From: Nemertoderma westbladi
Taxonomy: Eukaryota > Animalia > Xenacoelomorpha
DNA: 39,435 nucleotides
Assembly: GCA_032718475.1 (NCBI GenBank)
Contig: JAUCBJ010000026.1
Coordinates: 1-39,435 of the forward strand
Reading direction: 5' to 3'
In this document: positions 1 through 13,462 of the stretch, piece by piece
Position numbering within the stretch: the stretch's first letter is position 1
How the letters are laid out: the number at the start of each line of letters is the position of its first letter
Made by a program: the position numbers and the translations under genes
Notes under the pieces: model-generated
Databases searched by the model: none
The model's input: only the letters and a program-made list of their open reading frames with translations
Told to the model about the DNA's origin: nothing

Positions 1-2190
1 GGTTGATTAGCCGGTGGGTAACTACTGTATAAACAAAAAAATTATTGCGTAATAATCACTAATGCTCGTATACGCGTAGCTGGAACCTAACGGAATCTCA
101 TGTATCATACTGCTTGGTTTGTTGATTTGGCGACAGCAGTTGTGGAGTTGGCAATCAATATAATATATGCTGTAGTTGGTGGCCACGTTGTCTGCATATA
201 CAGTATACAGTGGTTGGTTGCGTGGTAGTGGTGGTAACGTGGTGAAAAGGCGAATAACCGTAGGGTTAGGCTAACATCGCCGTTGATTGGTTGGTTGGTG
301 GGTGGGTAACAGCTGTGGATTGAGTAGCGATGATGGGATGGGGGCTAGCCATGCATCGTGAGGTTAGGCTATGTGAAGATGAATATGCAATGGTTGGTGA
401 AAAATAGCGATTTGAAAAATAGTAGACGTTACCTGATGCTAAGTGTAGACACTCGAACACCTGTAAAATAAAGGTTGGTGATTGGATGCAGTACTAGCGT
501 CGGGGGACTAATAACGCCTCTAGCGGAATAAGCGGGAACTTGAGAATTTACCATGGTTACGGATGAAATGCTGTCATCTGATTGGTTGAAATAATAACGA
601 CCACTGGTAAAGGTTGAAATGGTGGCTTCTGATTGGCTGCAGTACCAGAAATGGATGGTAATGATGGACTACGGGTGACCTTGGTGCCGTGTCATAGCAT
701 TCTATACTACTAAGGGTCTACCAGTAGCAACTGCGACTTAAATTATATTGGTTTTGTGTGGATTAAATGCTATTTCATAATCCCTACGTGTGTCAGTTGC
801 AATCCTCCTTATATATATCAAAATCAGTGATGGTCGGCAATTTAGTGTGAATTAGTGTGAAGTCGTGTGAAGGTTAATAAAGCATCTCCTAAAGAATGCG
901 CTATTTACGAGATTCCATAGCCATCTAGTTGAGATTAGTGTAAGTCATAACTCTGTTTTATACATGCGCCATGCCCCAACGGAACTGTTAATATTTTCCT
1001 CAAAGTAAATATAGTTGTCAGAGATTATATAGTGGCAATCAATCGAATAATACAAAGTAGCCTACACCCCAATAACTTTCTCTGGACCCGAATCCAGTCT
1101 CCCACACAGTGGGTCAACTCTAAGGGTATATAAGTTTTAGGGCGTGTGTGTGTTACGAATAAAACACTTTTGGTGTACTCCATTGTACTAGGTTTTAGTG
1201 AATTTTGACCGAAACAATACCGGGCGCTAGCTACGAAAATAAGCTAGTCGCGCTCTGTAGGGCTTAATACTTACAAAATGACATCAAAGCTCTCTCCTTC
1301 CTATCCACAACTCAACCGGGCAACTACGGTGTTAGTAACTACACCCGTGATCGGCACAAATACCAGAGTCTGGTTGTAAGATAAGAAATAGTTGTTAATT
1401 GCTACTGTACGTTAGCTGATCTGGTATACAAATTTGATTCTAGAATTTTGTTGCTGCGGTGGTTAGTAGTAATACCTATCAGTACGTGGCAAGGCTCAGT
1501 AGGATATTAATAAAACCTCCCTAGGCCAAGCATGATTGTGCCGGTAGCAGAAATACTCCTTGCCTGATCAAGTAACACGGGCTCAGGCAGGGGGGGGGGG
1601 GGGGGGTGCTAGTGTATAAACTACAAAGTAAGCCGCTACCGAACTGTCAGTACTACAAATCACTAAATTATGGAACATATGCTGTATGTACCTGAAGTGT
1701 GCTTGCGTACTGACGAACAGCAATAGTTCACACCTATAGGAAATACAGGTTAATCCGGGGATTTTTAGTATGGGTTCTGCCTGAATCTGAGCTATTTGAA
1801 CCTAAATTTCGCGGAGTCCCAGGACGGCGTCACGCTTACCCTGATCTATAGGTCTTACAGCAGGGAAGGGCGTCAAACAAAGTCTTACCTTCCTCTGAAA
1901 CGGGCGCTGCATGGCAAAGAAGAGTATTTCGAAGGGGCGAAGGGGGCGTGCAGGCTAATCTAATGTGGGCGCTTAGCGTGTTGTGGACATCTTCTCCCTG
2001 CGTTGCTGACGGCCTAACGGTTTAAGCAGCCATCTCCCGAATGTTTGGCTGTCTCAAGAGTAGACAATGTAAAATATAGTACATATATATGTACATGTTC
2101 AAAGTTTACAGTATATTTTCGTAATTTACAAAGATTTATTAGAAGTAACTAAAGTAATTGTAAGGAAAGTTGTAAGGGTGGGTTGGGTGT

Positions 2191-2219
2191 GTTGTTGTTG
2201 TTGTTGTTGTTGTTGTTGT
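2191..2219. repeat. (GTT)n/(CAA)n microsatellite
   Basis: About 9-10 GTT units read directly. Confidence 0.95.
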
Positions 2220-2380
2220 AACCGACGGCAAACCAGCCCTTAAATAGCAAATCTGGGACATAGAATTCACTAGAACCTTCCAAAGCATTCCATGGCCTCA
2301 CATTGGAGCAATAAGATGTTCTATGCCCTATGATTGGCCCAACTCATCGTTCCACATGTTGTACGCACATCATTGGCTTA
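2220..2380 (-). promoter_or_regulatory. Candidate Pol II promoter (three CCAAT boxes and a TATA-like box) firing leftwards
   Basis: Minus-strand CCAAT (ATTGG on plus) at 2302, 2333 and 2372, then TATTTAAG at 2239-2246, about 20-25 nt before the (CAA)n tract. Motif arrangement only; no downstream protein recognised. Confidence 0.35.
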
Positions 2381-2412
2381 TCTAATCAATCAGATCGAAA
2401 ATAAATGCAAAT

Positions 2413-2484
2413 TTCCCGACTGGGATTCGAACTCGTCACCTACCAGTAATGTAACCAACGCCTTAACCATCTGACCACTGCGCC
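2413..2484 (-). other. tRNA-derived sequence (A/B-box Pol III promoter-like), not a functional tRNA
   Basis: Minus strand reads GGCGCAG-TGGTCAGATGG...GAGTTCGAATCC with tRNA-like spacing, but the acceptor stem does not pair. Confidence 0.55.
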
Positions 2485-3320
2485 AATAGAGTCACCTATG
2501 AATTAATGTGTACCAATATGAGTTGGCATATTACATTACTGTAATTAAATCAAAATACGTCGGATTTTAGAAAGTTTTTACGTTATACTACAAATGCTAC
2601 TTAACAGTGAAATAATCCATCACTATTATTACGCATTGCGACACGGCAGAACTCACACGGAGGTAGAATATCGGAATTTTAATCACCTGAAACTAGTTAA
2701 ACAAGGAATCCTTTCGTTTAATTAATTATGTATTACATAGGAAAAAATTTATTTTCTATCTATTTTTCACTATTTTCGAGTCATTTTATTTCTCGAGTGC
2801 AAGCGAGATAATAAAAGGTCGAGAGAATAATTAAAAAAAATTGTTTTTAGCTCGAATATACCCCAAAATCTGGAGAAAATGCGTATTTTTTTCCCTAGGG
2901 AAAAAAGTAACCCATAGGATTGCATTGATTCTATTTTTTCCCATGCGAAAAGGTAAAATCATATATTTTTATTGGCATTTCTTAAATTTTATTACATGTG
3001 TTGAAAGAGTATCGAAGTAGAAAATGTTTGCACGTAATTTGAGAAACATCCATTCACAAACTCAAAAGTTATTGCAACTTTAGTGTCTGCGCGGCGAATT
3101 CCCATGTAATACGTAATTTTATTATTAAATTGGCACTGTTGCGTAAATTTTTTTATAAAATATAAAACGATGCAGTACTACAATAACTATTTAAGTGGTG
3201 GCAAAAAAAGTAGGCTTTTTTTGTCGAGCGAAAGCAAGATATAGTATCGAAATAGTAGAATGTGCATTTATCGGAAAAATACTATCCTAGAAAATGCGGA
3301 TAAAAAAAGTCGGACAAAAA

Positions 3321-3381
3321 ATAAATACATACAGACAAAGAATAAATACATACAGACAAAGAATAAATACATACAGACAAA
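3321..3381. repeat. 21-bp tandem repeat, about 3 copies (ATAAATACATACAGACAAAGA)
   Basis: Read directly. Confidence 0.9.
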
Positions 3382-3506
3382 AAATAGTACTTTATTTTTG
3401 TAAAATAAATAGTTATTGCCAAATAAATAAACTAAATATTTAATTTTAAAAAGTAAATATTTTAAACGAGATAATAATTGATCTTCCTCATTCAGATATT
3501 TTTCCT

Positions 3507-6500
3507 GTTTATCCTTAACTTATTGTTTATCCCTAACTTATTGTTTATCCTTAACTTATTGTTTATCCTTAACTTATTGTTTATCCTTAACTTATTGTTT
3601 ATTCTTAACTTATTGTTTATCCTTAACTTATTGTTTATCCTTAACTTATTGTTTATCCTTAACTTATTGTTTATCCTTAACTTATTGTTTATTCTTAACT
3701 TATTGTTTATCCTTAACTTATTGTTTATCCTTAACTTATTGTTTATCCTTAACTTATTGTTTATCCCTAACTTATTGTTTATCCTTAACTTATTGTTTAT
3801 CCTTAACTTATTGTTTATCCTTAACTTATTGTTTATCCTTAACTTATTGTTTATCCTTAACTTATTGTTTATCCTTAACTTATTGTTTATCCTTAACTTA
3901 TTGTTTATCCTTAACTTATTGTTTATCCTTAACTTATTGTTTATCCTTAACTTATTGTTTATCCTTAACTTATTGTTTATCCTTAACTTATTGTTTATCC
4001 TTAACTTATTGTTTATCCTTAACTTATTGTTTATCCTTAACTTATTGTTTATCCTTAACTTATTGTTTATCCTTAACTTATTGTTTATCCTTAACTTATT
4101 GTTTATCCTTAACTTATTGTTTATCCTTAACTTATTGTTTATCCTTAACTTATTGTTTATCCTTAACTTATTGTTTATCCTTAACTTATTGTTTATCCTT
4201 AACTTATTGTTTATCCTTAACTTATTGTTTATCCTTAACTTATTGTTTATCCTTAACTTATTGTTTATCCTTAACTTATTGTTTATCCTTAACTTATTGT
4301 TTATCCTTAACTTATTGTTTATCCTTAACTTATTGTTTATCCTTAACTTATTGTTTATCCTTAACTTATTGTTTATCCTTAACTTATTGTTTATCCTTAA
4401 CTTATTGTTTATCCTTAACTTATTGTTTATCCTTAACTTATTGTTTATCCTTAACTTATTGTTTATCCTTAACTTATTGTTTATCCTTAACTTATTGTTT
4501 ATCCTTAACTTATTGTTTATCCTTAACTTATTGTTTATCCTTAACTTATTGTTTATCCTTAACTTATTGTTTATCCTTAACTTATTGTTTATCCTTAACT
4601 TATTGTTTATCCTTAACTTATTGTTTATCCTTAACTTATTGTTTATCCTTAACTTATTGTTTATCCTTAACTTATTGTTTATCCTTAACTTATTGTTTAT
4701 CCTTAACTTATTGTTTATCCTTAACTTATTGTTTATCCTTAACTTATTGTTTATCCTTAACTTATTGTTTATCCTTAACTTATTGTTTATCCTTAACTTA
4801 TTGTTTATCCTTAACTTATTGTTTATCCTTAACTTATTGTTTATCCTTAACTTATTGTTTATCCTTAACTTATTGTTTATCCTTAACTTATTGTTTATCC
4901 TTAACTTATTGTTTATCCTTAACTTATTGTTTATCCTTAACTTATTGTTTATCCTTAACTTATTGTTTATCCTTAACTTATTGTTTATCCTTAACTTATT
5001 GTTTATCCTTAACTTATTGTTTATCCTTAACTTATTGTTTATCCTTAACTTATTGTTTATCCTTAACTTATTGTTTATCCTTAACTTATTGTTTATCCTT
5101 AACTTATTGTTTATCCTTAACTTATTGTTTATCCTTAACTTATTGTTTATCCTTAACTTATTGTTTATCCTTAACTTATTGTTTATCCTTAACTTATTGT
5201 TTATCCTTAACTTATTGTTTATCCTTAACTTATTGTTTATCCTTAACTTATTGTTTATCCTTAACTTATTGTTTATCCTTAACTTATTGTTTATCCTTAA
5301 CTTATTGTTTATCCTTAACTTATTGTTTATCCTTAACTTATTGTTTATCCTTAACTTATTGTTTATCCTTAACTTATTGTTTATCCTTAACTTATTGTTT
5401 ATCCTTAACTTATTGTTTATCCTTAACTTATTGTTTATCCTTAACTTATTGTTTATCCTTAACTTATTGTTTATCCTTAACTTATTGTTTATCCTTAACT
5501 TATTGTTTATCCTTAACTTATTGTTTATCCTTAACTTATTGTTTATCCTTAACTTATTGTTTATCCTTAACTTATTGTTTATCCTTAACTTATTGTTTAT
5601 CCTTAACTTATTGTTTATCCTTAACTTATTGTTTATCCTTAACTTATTGTTTATCCTTAACTTATTGTTTATCCTTAACTTATTGTTTATCCTTAACTTA
5701 TTGTTTATCCTTAACTTATTGTTTATCCTTAACTTATTGTTTATCCTTAACTTATTGTTTATCCTTAACTTATTGTTTATCCTTAACTTATTGTTTATCC
5801 TTAACTTATTGTTTATCCTTAACTTATTGTTTATCCTTAACTTATTGTTTATCCTTAACTTATTGTTTATCCTTAACTTATTGTTTATCCTTAACTTATT
5901 GTTTATCCTTAACTTATTGTTTATCCTTAACTTATTGTTTATCCTTAACTTATTGTTTATCCTTAACTTATTGTTTATCCTTAACTTATTGTTTATCCTT
6001 AACTTATTGTTTATCCTTAACTTATTGTTTATCCTTAACTTATTGTTTATCCTTAACTTATTGTTTATCCTTAACTTATTGTTTATCCTTAACTTATTGT
6101 TTATCCTTAACTTATTGTTTATCCTTAACTTATTGTTTATCCTTAACTTATTGTTTATCCTTAACTTATTGTTTATCCTTAACTTATTGTTTATCCTTAA
6201 CTTATTGTTTATCCTTAACTTATTGTTTATCCTTAACTTATTGTTTATCCTTAACTTATTGTTTATCCTTAACTTATTGTTTATCCTTAACTTATTGTTT
6301 ATCCTTAACTTATTGTTTATCCTTAACTTATTGTTTATCCTTAACTTATTGTTTATCCTTAACTTATTGTTTATCCTTAACTTATTGTTTATTCTTAACT
6401 TATTGTTTATCCTTAACTTATTGTTTATCCTTAACTTATTGTTTATCCTTAACTTATTGTTTATTCTTAACTTATTGTTTATCCTTAACTTATTGTTTAT

Positions 6501-9131
6501 CCTTAACTTATTGTTTATCCTTAACTTATTGTTTATCCTTAACTTATTGTTTATCCTTAACTTATTGTTTATCCTTAACTTATTGTTTATCCTTAACTTA
6601 TTGTTTATCCTTAACTTATTGTTTATCCTTAACTTATTGTTTATCCTTAACTTATTGTTTATTCTTAACTTATTGTTTATCCTTAACTTATTGTTTATCC
6701 TTAACTTATTGTTTATCCTTAACTTATTGTTTATCCTTAACTTATTGTTTATCCTTAACTTATTGTTTATCCTTAACTTATTGTTTATCCTTAACTTATT
6801 GTTTATCCTTAACTTATTGTTTATTCTTAACTTATTGTTTATCCTTAACTTATTGTTTATCCTTAACTTATTGTTTATCCTTAACTTATTGTTTATTCTC
6901 AACTTATTGTTTATCCTTAACTTATTGTTTATTCTTAACTTATTGTTTATCCTTAACTTATTGTTTATCCTTAACTTATTGTTTATCCTTAACTTATTGT
7001 TTATCCTTAACTTATAGTTTATCCTTAACTTATTGTTTATCCTTAACTTATTGTTTATCCTTAACTTATTGTTTATTCTTAACTTATTGTTTATCCTTAA
7101 CTTATTGTTTATTCTTAACTTATTGTTTATCCTTAACTTATTGTTTATCCTTAACTTATTGTTTATTCTTAACTTATTGTTTATCCTTAACTTATTGTTT
7201 ATCCTTAACTTATTGTTTATTCTCAACTTATTGTTTATCCATAACTTATTGTTTATTCTTAACTTATTGTTTATCCTTAACTTATTGTTTATCCTTAACT
7301 TATTGTTTATCCTTAACTTATAGTTTATCCTTAACTTATTGTTTATCCTTAACTTATTGTTTATCCTTAACTTATTGTTTATTCTTAACTTATTGTTTAT
7401 CCTTAACTTATTGTTTATTCTTAACTTATTGTTTATCCTTAACTTATTGTTTATCCTTAACTTATTGTTTATTCTTAACTTATTGTTTATCCTTAACTTA
7501 TTGTTTATCCTTAACTTATTGTTTATCCTTAACTTATTGTTTATCCTTAACTTATTGTTTATCCTTAACTTATTGTTTATCCTTAACTTATTGTTTATTC
7601 TTAACTTATTGTTTATCCTTAACTTATTGTTTATTCTTAACTTATTGTTTATCCTTAACTTATTGTTTATTCTTAACTTATTGTTTATCCTTAACTTATT
7701 GTTTATTCTTAACTTATTGTTTATCCTTAACTTATTGTTTATCCTTAACTTATTGTTTATCCTTAACTTATTGTTTATCCTTAACTTATTGTTTATTCTT
7801 AACTTATTGTTTATTCTTAACTTATTGTTTATCCTTAACTTATTGTTTATCCTTAACTTATTGTTTATCCTTAACTTATTGTTTATCCTTAACTTATTGT
7901 TTATCCTTAACTTATTGTTTATCCTTAACTTATTGTTTATCCTTAACTTATTGTTTATTCTTAACTTTATTGTTTATCCTTAACTTATTGTTTATTCTTA
8001 ACTTATTGTTTATTCTTAACTTATTGTTTATCCTTAACTTGTTGTTTATCCTTAACTTATTGTTTATTCTTAACTTATTGTTTATCCTTAACTTATAGTT
8101 TATCCTTAACTTATTGTTTATCCTTAACTTATTGTTTATTCTTAACTTATTGTTTATTCTTAACTTATTGTTTATTCTTAACTTATTGTTTATCCTTAAC
8201 TTATTGTTTATCCTTAACTTATTGTTTATTCTTAACTTATTGTTTATCCTTAACTTATTGTTTATTCTTAACTTATTGTTTATCCTTAACTTATTGTTTA
8301 TTCTTAACTTATTGTTTATTCTTAACTTATTGTTTATCCTTAACTTATTGTTTATTCTTAACTTATTGTTTATCCTTAACTTATTGTTTATTCTTAACTT
8401 ATTGTTTATCCTTAACTTATTGTTTATCCTTAACTTATTGTTTATCCTTAACTTATTGTTTATCCTTAACTTATAGTTTATCCTTAACTTATTGTTTATC
8501 CTTAACTTATTGTTTATCCTTAACTTATTGTTTATTCTTAACTTATTGTTTATCCTTAACTTATTGTTTATCCTTAACTTATTGTTTATCCTTAACTTAT
8601 TGTTTATCCTTAACTTATTGTTTATTCTTAACTTATTGTTTATCCTTAACTTATTGTTTATCCTTAACTTATTGTTTATTCTTAACTTATTGTTTATCCT
8701 TAACTTATTGTTTATCCTTAACTTATTGTTTATCCTTAACTTATTGTTTATTCTTAACTTATTGTTTATCCTTAACTTATTGTTTATCCTTAACTTATTG
8801 TTTATTCTTAACTTATTGTTTATCCTTAACTTATTGTTTATCCTTAACTTATTGTTTATCCTTAACTTATTGTTTATCCTTAACTTATTGTTTATCCTTA
8901 ACTTATTGTTTATCCTTAACTTATTGTTTATCCTTAACTTATTGTTTATTCTTAACTTATTGTTTATCCTTAACTTATTGTTTATTCTTAACTTATTGTT
9001 TATTCTTAACTTATTGTTTATCCTTAACTTATTGTTTATCCTTAACTTATTGTTTATTCTTAACTTATTGTTTATTCTTAACTTATTGTTTATTCTTAAC
9101 TTATTGTTTATTCTCAACTTATTGTTTATTC
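3507..9131. repeat. 18-bp satellite (TTATTGTTTATCCTTAAC)n, about 310 copies
   Basis: Continuous head-to-tail array. Main variants are ATTCTT for ATCCTT and TATAG for TATTG, with a 1-bp insertion near 7967. Confidence 0.99.
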
Positions 9132-9297
9132 TGTTAATTTTTCTGTAATCTAAATGAAGTTAGCCAAGCAATTCGAAACTTCTGGGATTAAAATATTAAT
9201 TTAAAAAATGAATAATGAAATGCTTCTACAGTTCGTCAGTTAGAGTGAGTGAGAGAAATATACCTCATCACACGAGTTTAAATTTTATCTACTACTA

Positions 9298-10453
9298 CTA
9301 GGTCGAGCGAACTCGGACAGTGGAAATGAGATCCTTCCAGGCTTCCCGATTCTCCATAGTTGTCGCAATTTCGTTTCTCCCAAGTTCAGTATCCCTTTCA
9401 AGTTGATCTATATATGTTATGGCAGGTCGTCCACGACTACGCTTTCCATGAGTTGGTTGCCAGAGAAGTAGATCTGGTATGACCTCGTCTTTACTTCGCC
9501 AGCAGTGCCCACTGAATCTTAATCTGCGTTCACGGAGGGTGGTTGATACAGGTGGTATTGTACCATAAAGCTCGGCGTTTGTCATGTGTTGTCTCCAGCT
9601 GATGTTTAGGGCTGCCCTTAGTAGTCTTGTGTAGCAACCATCAATTTGTTGTTCAAGTGATTTAGTCAGTGTCCAGGTCTCACCCCCGTATAAAAATACA
9701 CTTTCCACTGTGGCTCGAAAGAACTTGGTCTTCAGGTGCCTGGAGAGATCTGATTTCCAGATGGTATCCATTTTTGATAGAGCTACCCAAGCCTTTGCTT
9801 TCCTAACTTCTATGTCCTTTTTGCTACTCTCTATCCATGATCCAAGATACTGGAAGTCATCGACCTGCCTTAGTTGATTATTATCAATGGTTGTCAAGTT
9901 TCCATCAACATTAAAGGTCATGAATTCGGTCTTGGTAGCATTTATATGCAATCCAACCTCCTTAGCAGCCCTCTCCACTTTATTTAGTAGAAGCTGTGCA
10001 TCTGCTAGCGTATTAGAGAGCAGGGCGATGTCATCCGCAAAGTCGGTGTCTGTGACTGTAGTTGCCGGATATCTACTACTTCTGCGTTCTTGAAGTGTGA
10101 ATCCCAGATCTTGACCCTTTGTGGCCGTCCACATTGCGTAATCCAGCACAATTACAAATAGTAATGGTGCTAATGTGTCACCTTGCAGTACGCCAGCCAG
10201 GATTGAGAAAAACTCAGTTTCACCATCTGGTGAGAGTACATGCGCTTCTGTGTCACAATATAGCAATCCAATGCCAGCAACAATTACTTCTGGTATTCCA
10301 TAAGCTCTTAGGATTTCAAGCATTTTACCTCTATGGATGGAGTCGAATGCCTTCTTGAAGTCCACAAAAGTCATGACTGCGGGGAGATTCTTTGACTTAA
10401 TTCCTTCAATCAGTCTCCGTAGTGCAAGTATCTGAGCTATTGTTGATCTACTT
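9298..10453 (-). pseudogene. RTE ORF, C-terminal part (reverse transcriptase core and C-terminal domain)
   Basis: Motifs FVDFKKAFDSI, GVLQGDTLAPLLF, DFADDIAL, FQYLGS and LRFSGHCWR. The first ~30 aa of ORF-track entry 9298..10545 come from the insertion. Confidence 0.93.
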
Positions 10454-10456
10454 GGT

Positions 10457-13400
10457 GGGATAAATATTTCTCCATTTGACGCAACACCGCCGCGGCCGCT
10501 ATGAGGGAGGTGAATACCGCGGCCGCTCCTAAAGCCGCAGGCCATCGCTAACTATATAGGTTAACTTGGGATTCTGGGGGACTTTTCGATGAAGGAACAG
10601 ACCAATTTTTTTTATTTTCGCACCAGGGGAGCGACTCGGAATTCTAAGATATTAGCCACTCTAACATTAGCAAATCTATCCCCTCGACGGACACGGCGGA
10701 CAAAAAACCGTCATTTTTTTGACAATTTTAAAAATTTTTTGAAAGGCGCTCTACAGTGGCTCGAAAAAACCCTAGGTTATTGCTTAACCGACGCCGGGAA
10801 ACGATAGAAGGGAATAATTAGTGAATTCGTTTTTTTTTTCAAAAAAGATTACCACGCCTTTTTCCCGAAATTGTCCGTCAAAGTTGAAAAAACGGACAAA
10901 ATGGCTTTGCGGGATCCGCTCTGACTCGGCTAATATTAATCGTACGGGGACGAAATTAACGCGGTTGGAAAGGGGAAGAGTGGTACTACCTTCGTATCGA
11001 ATGGGGGTAAGATATTTATTAATATTTCGGGTGGAAAAAGGGGCCATAACTTTGTCCGTTTTTTCCATCTTTTTTACATAATTATTATTTCCAAAATTTT
11101 TAATTCGACAACGCTAGTAGGAATCTGCCAATTCTTTTTCGGAAAGCGTAGAAGACCATTAGGGGCTACATTCCTATCGAATGGGGGTACAAAAAATATG
11201 TAGGCAAAGGGGTCCAAAAAGGGCCAGAAAATAATTAAAAGTTTATAACTAACAACTTTTTTATTTTTGACTCTTGAAGGTTAAAGTACATTTTATACGG
11301 TTAATATCGATACGGGTAATCCAAATATTCGATTGGTTTTGCCGCGCAAACGATATTAAAAAAATTAGGGCCCAAATTATAATTTCACGCTTCAAACTCG
11401 CTTCGCGGGAACTCGTCTAGCTCGAAAAATACATAAGGTCTGGGAGACTTATTTAAACAGTCTTATAGAGCGTCAAATTATCTATCTTTCAACGGTAGTT
11501 ACAGCGCCATAGCTATTATATAACTGAAGCGGCAGACGATCGTGTGAAATATACTACTTATAAAAAAGGGACGAAAAATTTTTTTTTTAATAAATCGCCA
11601 TTACATTATAATTTAACTTTTTGCGCCAAAAGTTCCTGTAAAATGTAGCAAATTAACTCCACTATCTGTTTTCTTAATATTTATAATTAAAATAACGAGT
11701 TTTAAGGGTCGAAAAATATCGCGTAATTTTAGCCCTTTTTTTTCATTTTTTTTGGGGCCAAAAATACCCCCTCTCAAAAGATAGAAAAAAAAATTACGGC
11801 AAAGAATATACCAATTTTATTGAATTTGGAGCACCAGAACCGAAATTTAGTCAAAAATTAAAAATATTTTTTTTTTGCAAAAAATTAAGAATGGTCATAT
11901 TGGGTTTCGAACCCACGAACTTACGTATCGTTAACGTGATTGATTACCACTAGCCTAGTGACAAAGAGAATTTGAAATTTTCGAGTGATTATTTTTAAAC
12001 ATCAATAACTTCTGTTCTACTGGGCCGTTTGATCTGAAACTTTTTTCATTGGATAGAGGATAGATTGTAGTGTGTGAAATAGGATACAACTTGGGAAAAG
12101 ACGCATGTGCACTTAGTGCATAATGCACTTAAAAAGTACACATTTTTTCGATATTTCAAACACTATTATTTCCAGTTCTATTCATCGTAGAATGTTATTT
12201 TTTGGATTAAAATGTAGTTTGGAGTGATTTCTAACTATAATCGTAACATTTGTTTAACTTTTTATGTATATAAAGTGACTTAAAATGCCCATGAATATGG
12301 TCCAAAATCGCAAATGTCGCGATTTATTAAATTAGATTTTTTACACTTTTAGTGACTGACACTTGATCATACACCATCGTAGATCGGTAGAGGATAAACA
12401 TAAGTTTGTTAAATAAGAACCACCATTACGATCTGCTGAAGTGCACTTGTACAAATAAGTGTGCAAAAGTGCAAATTTTTAAATAAGGTCAAATTATATA
12501 GTATTGGGTTCTTTTCTTTGCAGATACTTTATTTTCATATTAATATGTTGTTTGAACCTTACTGAGCGCATTAGGGGATATGCGAACAAATAAGCGGCCC
12601 TTATTAAGGCTTCGATTGGGTTAATAACTAAAACATAAGGTTGTAATATTCTAAAAAACCAGTGTGATATTAAATGCACTTTAAACAATAAATAGAGATC
12701 AAATAACAAATGGACTACACAATTAAAAACTCCCACAATTTTGTACTTATTATATCGCTTCAAATTAATTTAACAGTGGATATTTGGGGGAAGGGGGAAG
12801 TTACAGTGTGCATTCGGGGGAAGTTTGGTGAACTGCATTTATGCAGTGAATCCAAACTTCCCCCTTTTAGATATCGTATACTTAAGACATTCTCGGTTGT
12901 CAGGGAAATATTTGTTACTGTCACACTTTGCTTCCATTTATCCTATCCTTTATTATTACCCCAGTCAGATAAGAGATAATAATCAGTAAAAACCAAACTA
13001 AACTGTCTTTCATGCAAACAAATTTCTAATTAAAGACGGGTGAATGACCATGACCATGGAAATAATTTTAAATATAATCGTATATCAACTCTTTGGGGAG
13101 GCTTCCAAACCCAAAAACAATTATTTCGTTACATATAATATAGTAAATAACGTTGTATGTTCTTCTTCCTCTCATAATAAAATATATATGAAATATCTCT
13201 GATCGCTGTGCCCTGAACATTTCACAACCAAAATGTTTCAGTGTGAAAAGTGTAGGCCTACCACACCCCGCCCAAACAGCCGCAAACGCATAGCCAACAA
13301 ATTTATCAAAAGTTTACATACATGTTGTGTTCATGACGAGATGAGTGAAAATTGATCGCGTAATATAAACTAAAAAATTGAGAGTCGGGCCTGGCTCTTC

Positions 13401-13462
13401 TCCACTTTCTTACCCAATGGAAATGTTGTTGTTATAATCTAATATTGGGGCGGCTTTCTCTC
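10457..13462. mobile_element. 3,006-bp non-coding insertion, probably a non-autonomous DNA transposon (family unassigned)
   Basis: Flanked by GGT (10454-10456 and 13463-13465). Removing it restores ...QNGFRP-SRSTIAQIL. Termini GGGATAAA...TTTCTCTC form only a 6/8 inverted match. No recognisable ORF. Confidence 0.8.
11900..11962 (-). other. Degenerate tRNA-like sequence inside the insertion
   Basis: Minus strand reads TAGGCTAGTGG...GTGGGTTCGAAACCCA (A-box and T-arm/B-box-like). Confidence 0.4.

Noticed and set aside
2413-2484. Functional tRNA gene
   Set aside because: A/B boxes are present but the acceptor stem does not pair; the same applies to 11900-11962.
3478-9148. Long ORFs of (FILNLL)n and (LRINNK)n
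   Set aside because: Stop-free frames of an 18-bp satellite, with no unique coding sequence.
3486-9160. Inverted repeat flanking the 18-bp satellite (TCATTCAGAT / ATCTAAATGA) as transposon TIRs
   Set aside because: Only 10 bp with a mismatch in AT-rich DNA and no TSD, so it could be chance.
10589-12979. Short ORFs inside the insertion as a transposase
   Set aside because: All are under 100 aa, with no recognisable DDE or DNA-binding motifs.
10457-13462. The insertion as a spliceosomal intron of the RTE ORF
   Set aside because: The element-strand ends are GA...CC rather than GT...AG, and the 3-bp duplication indicates an insertion.
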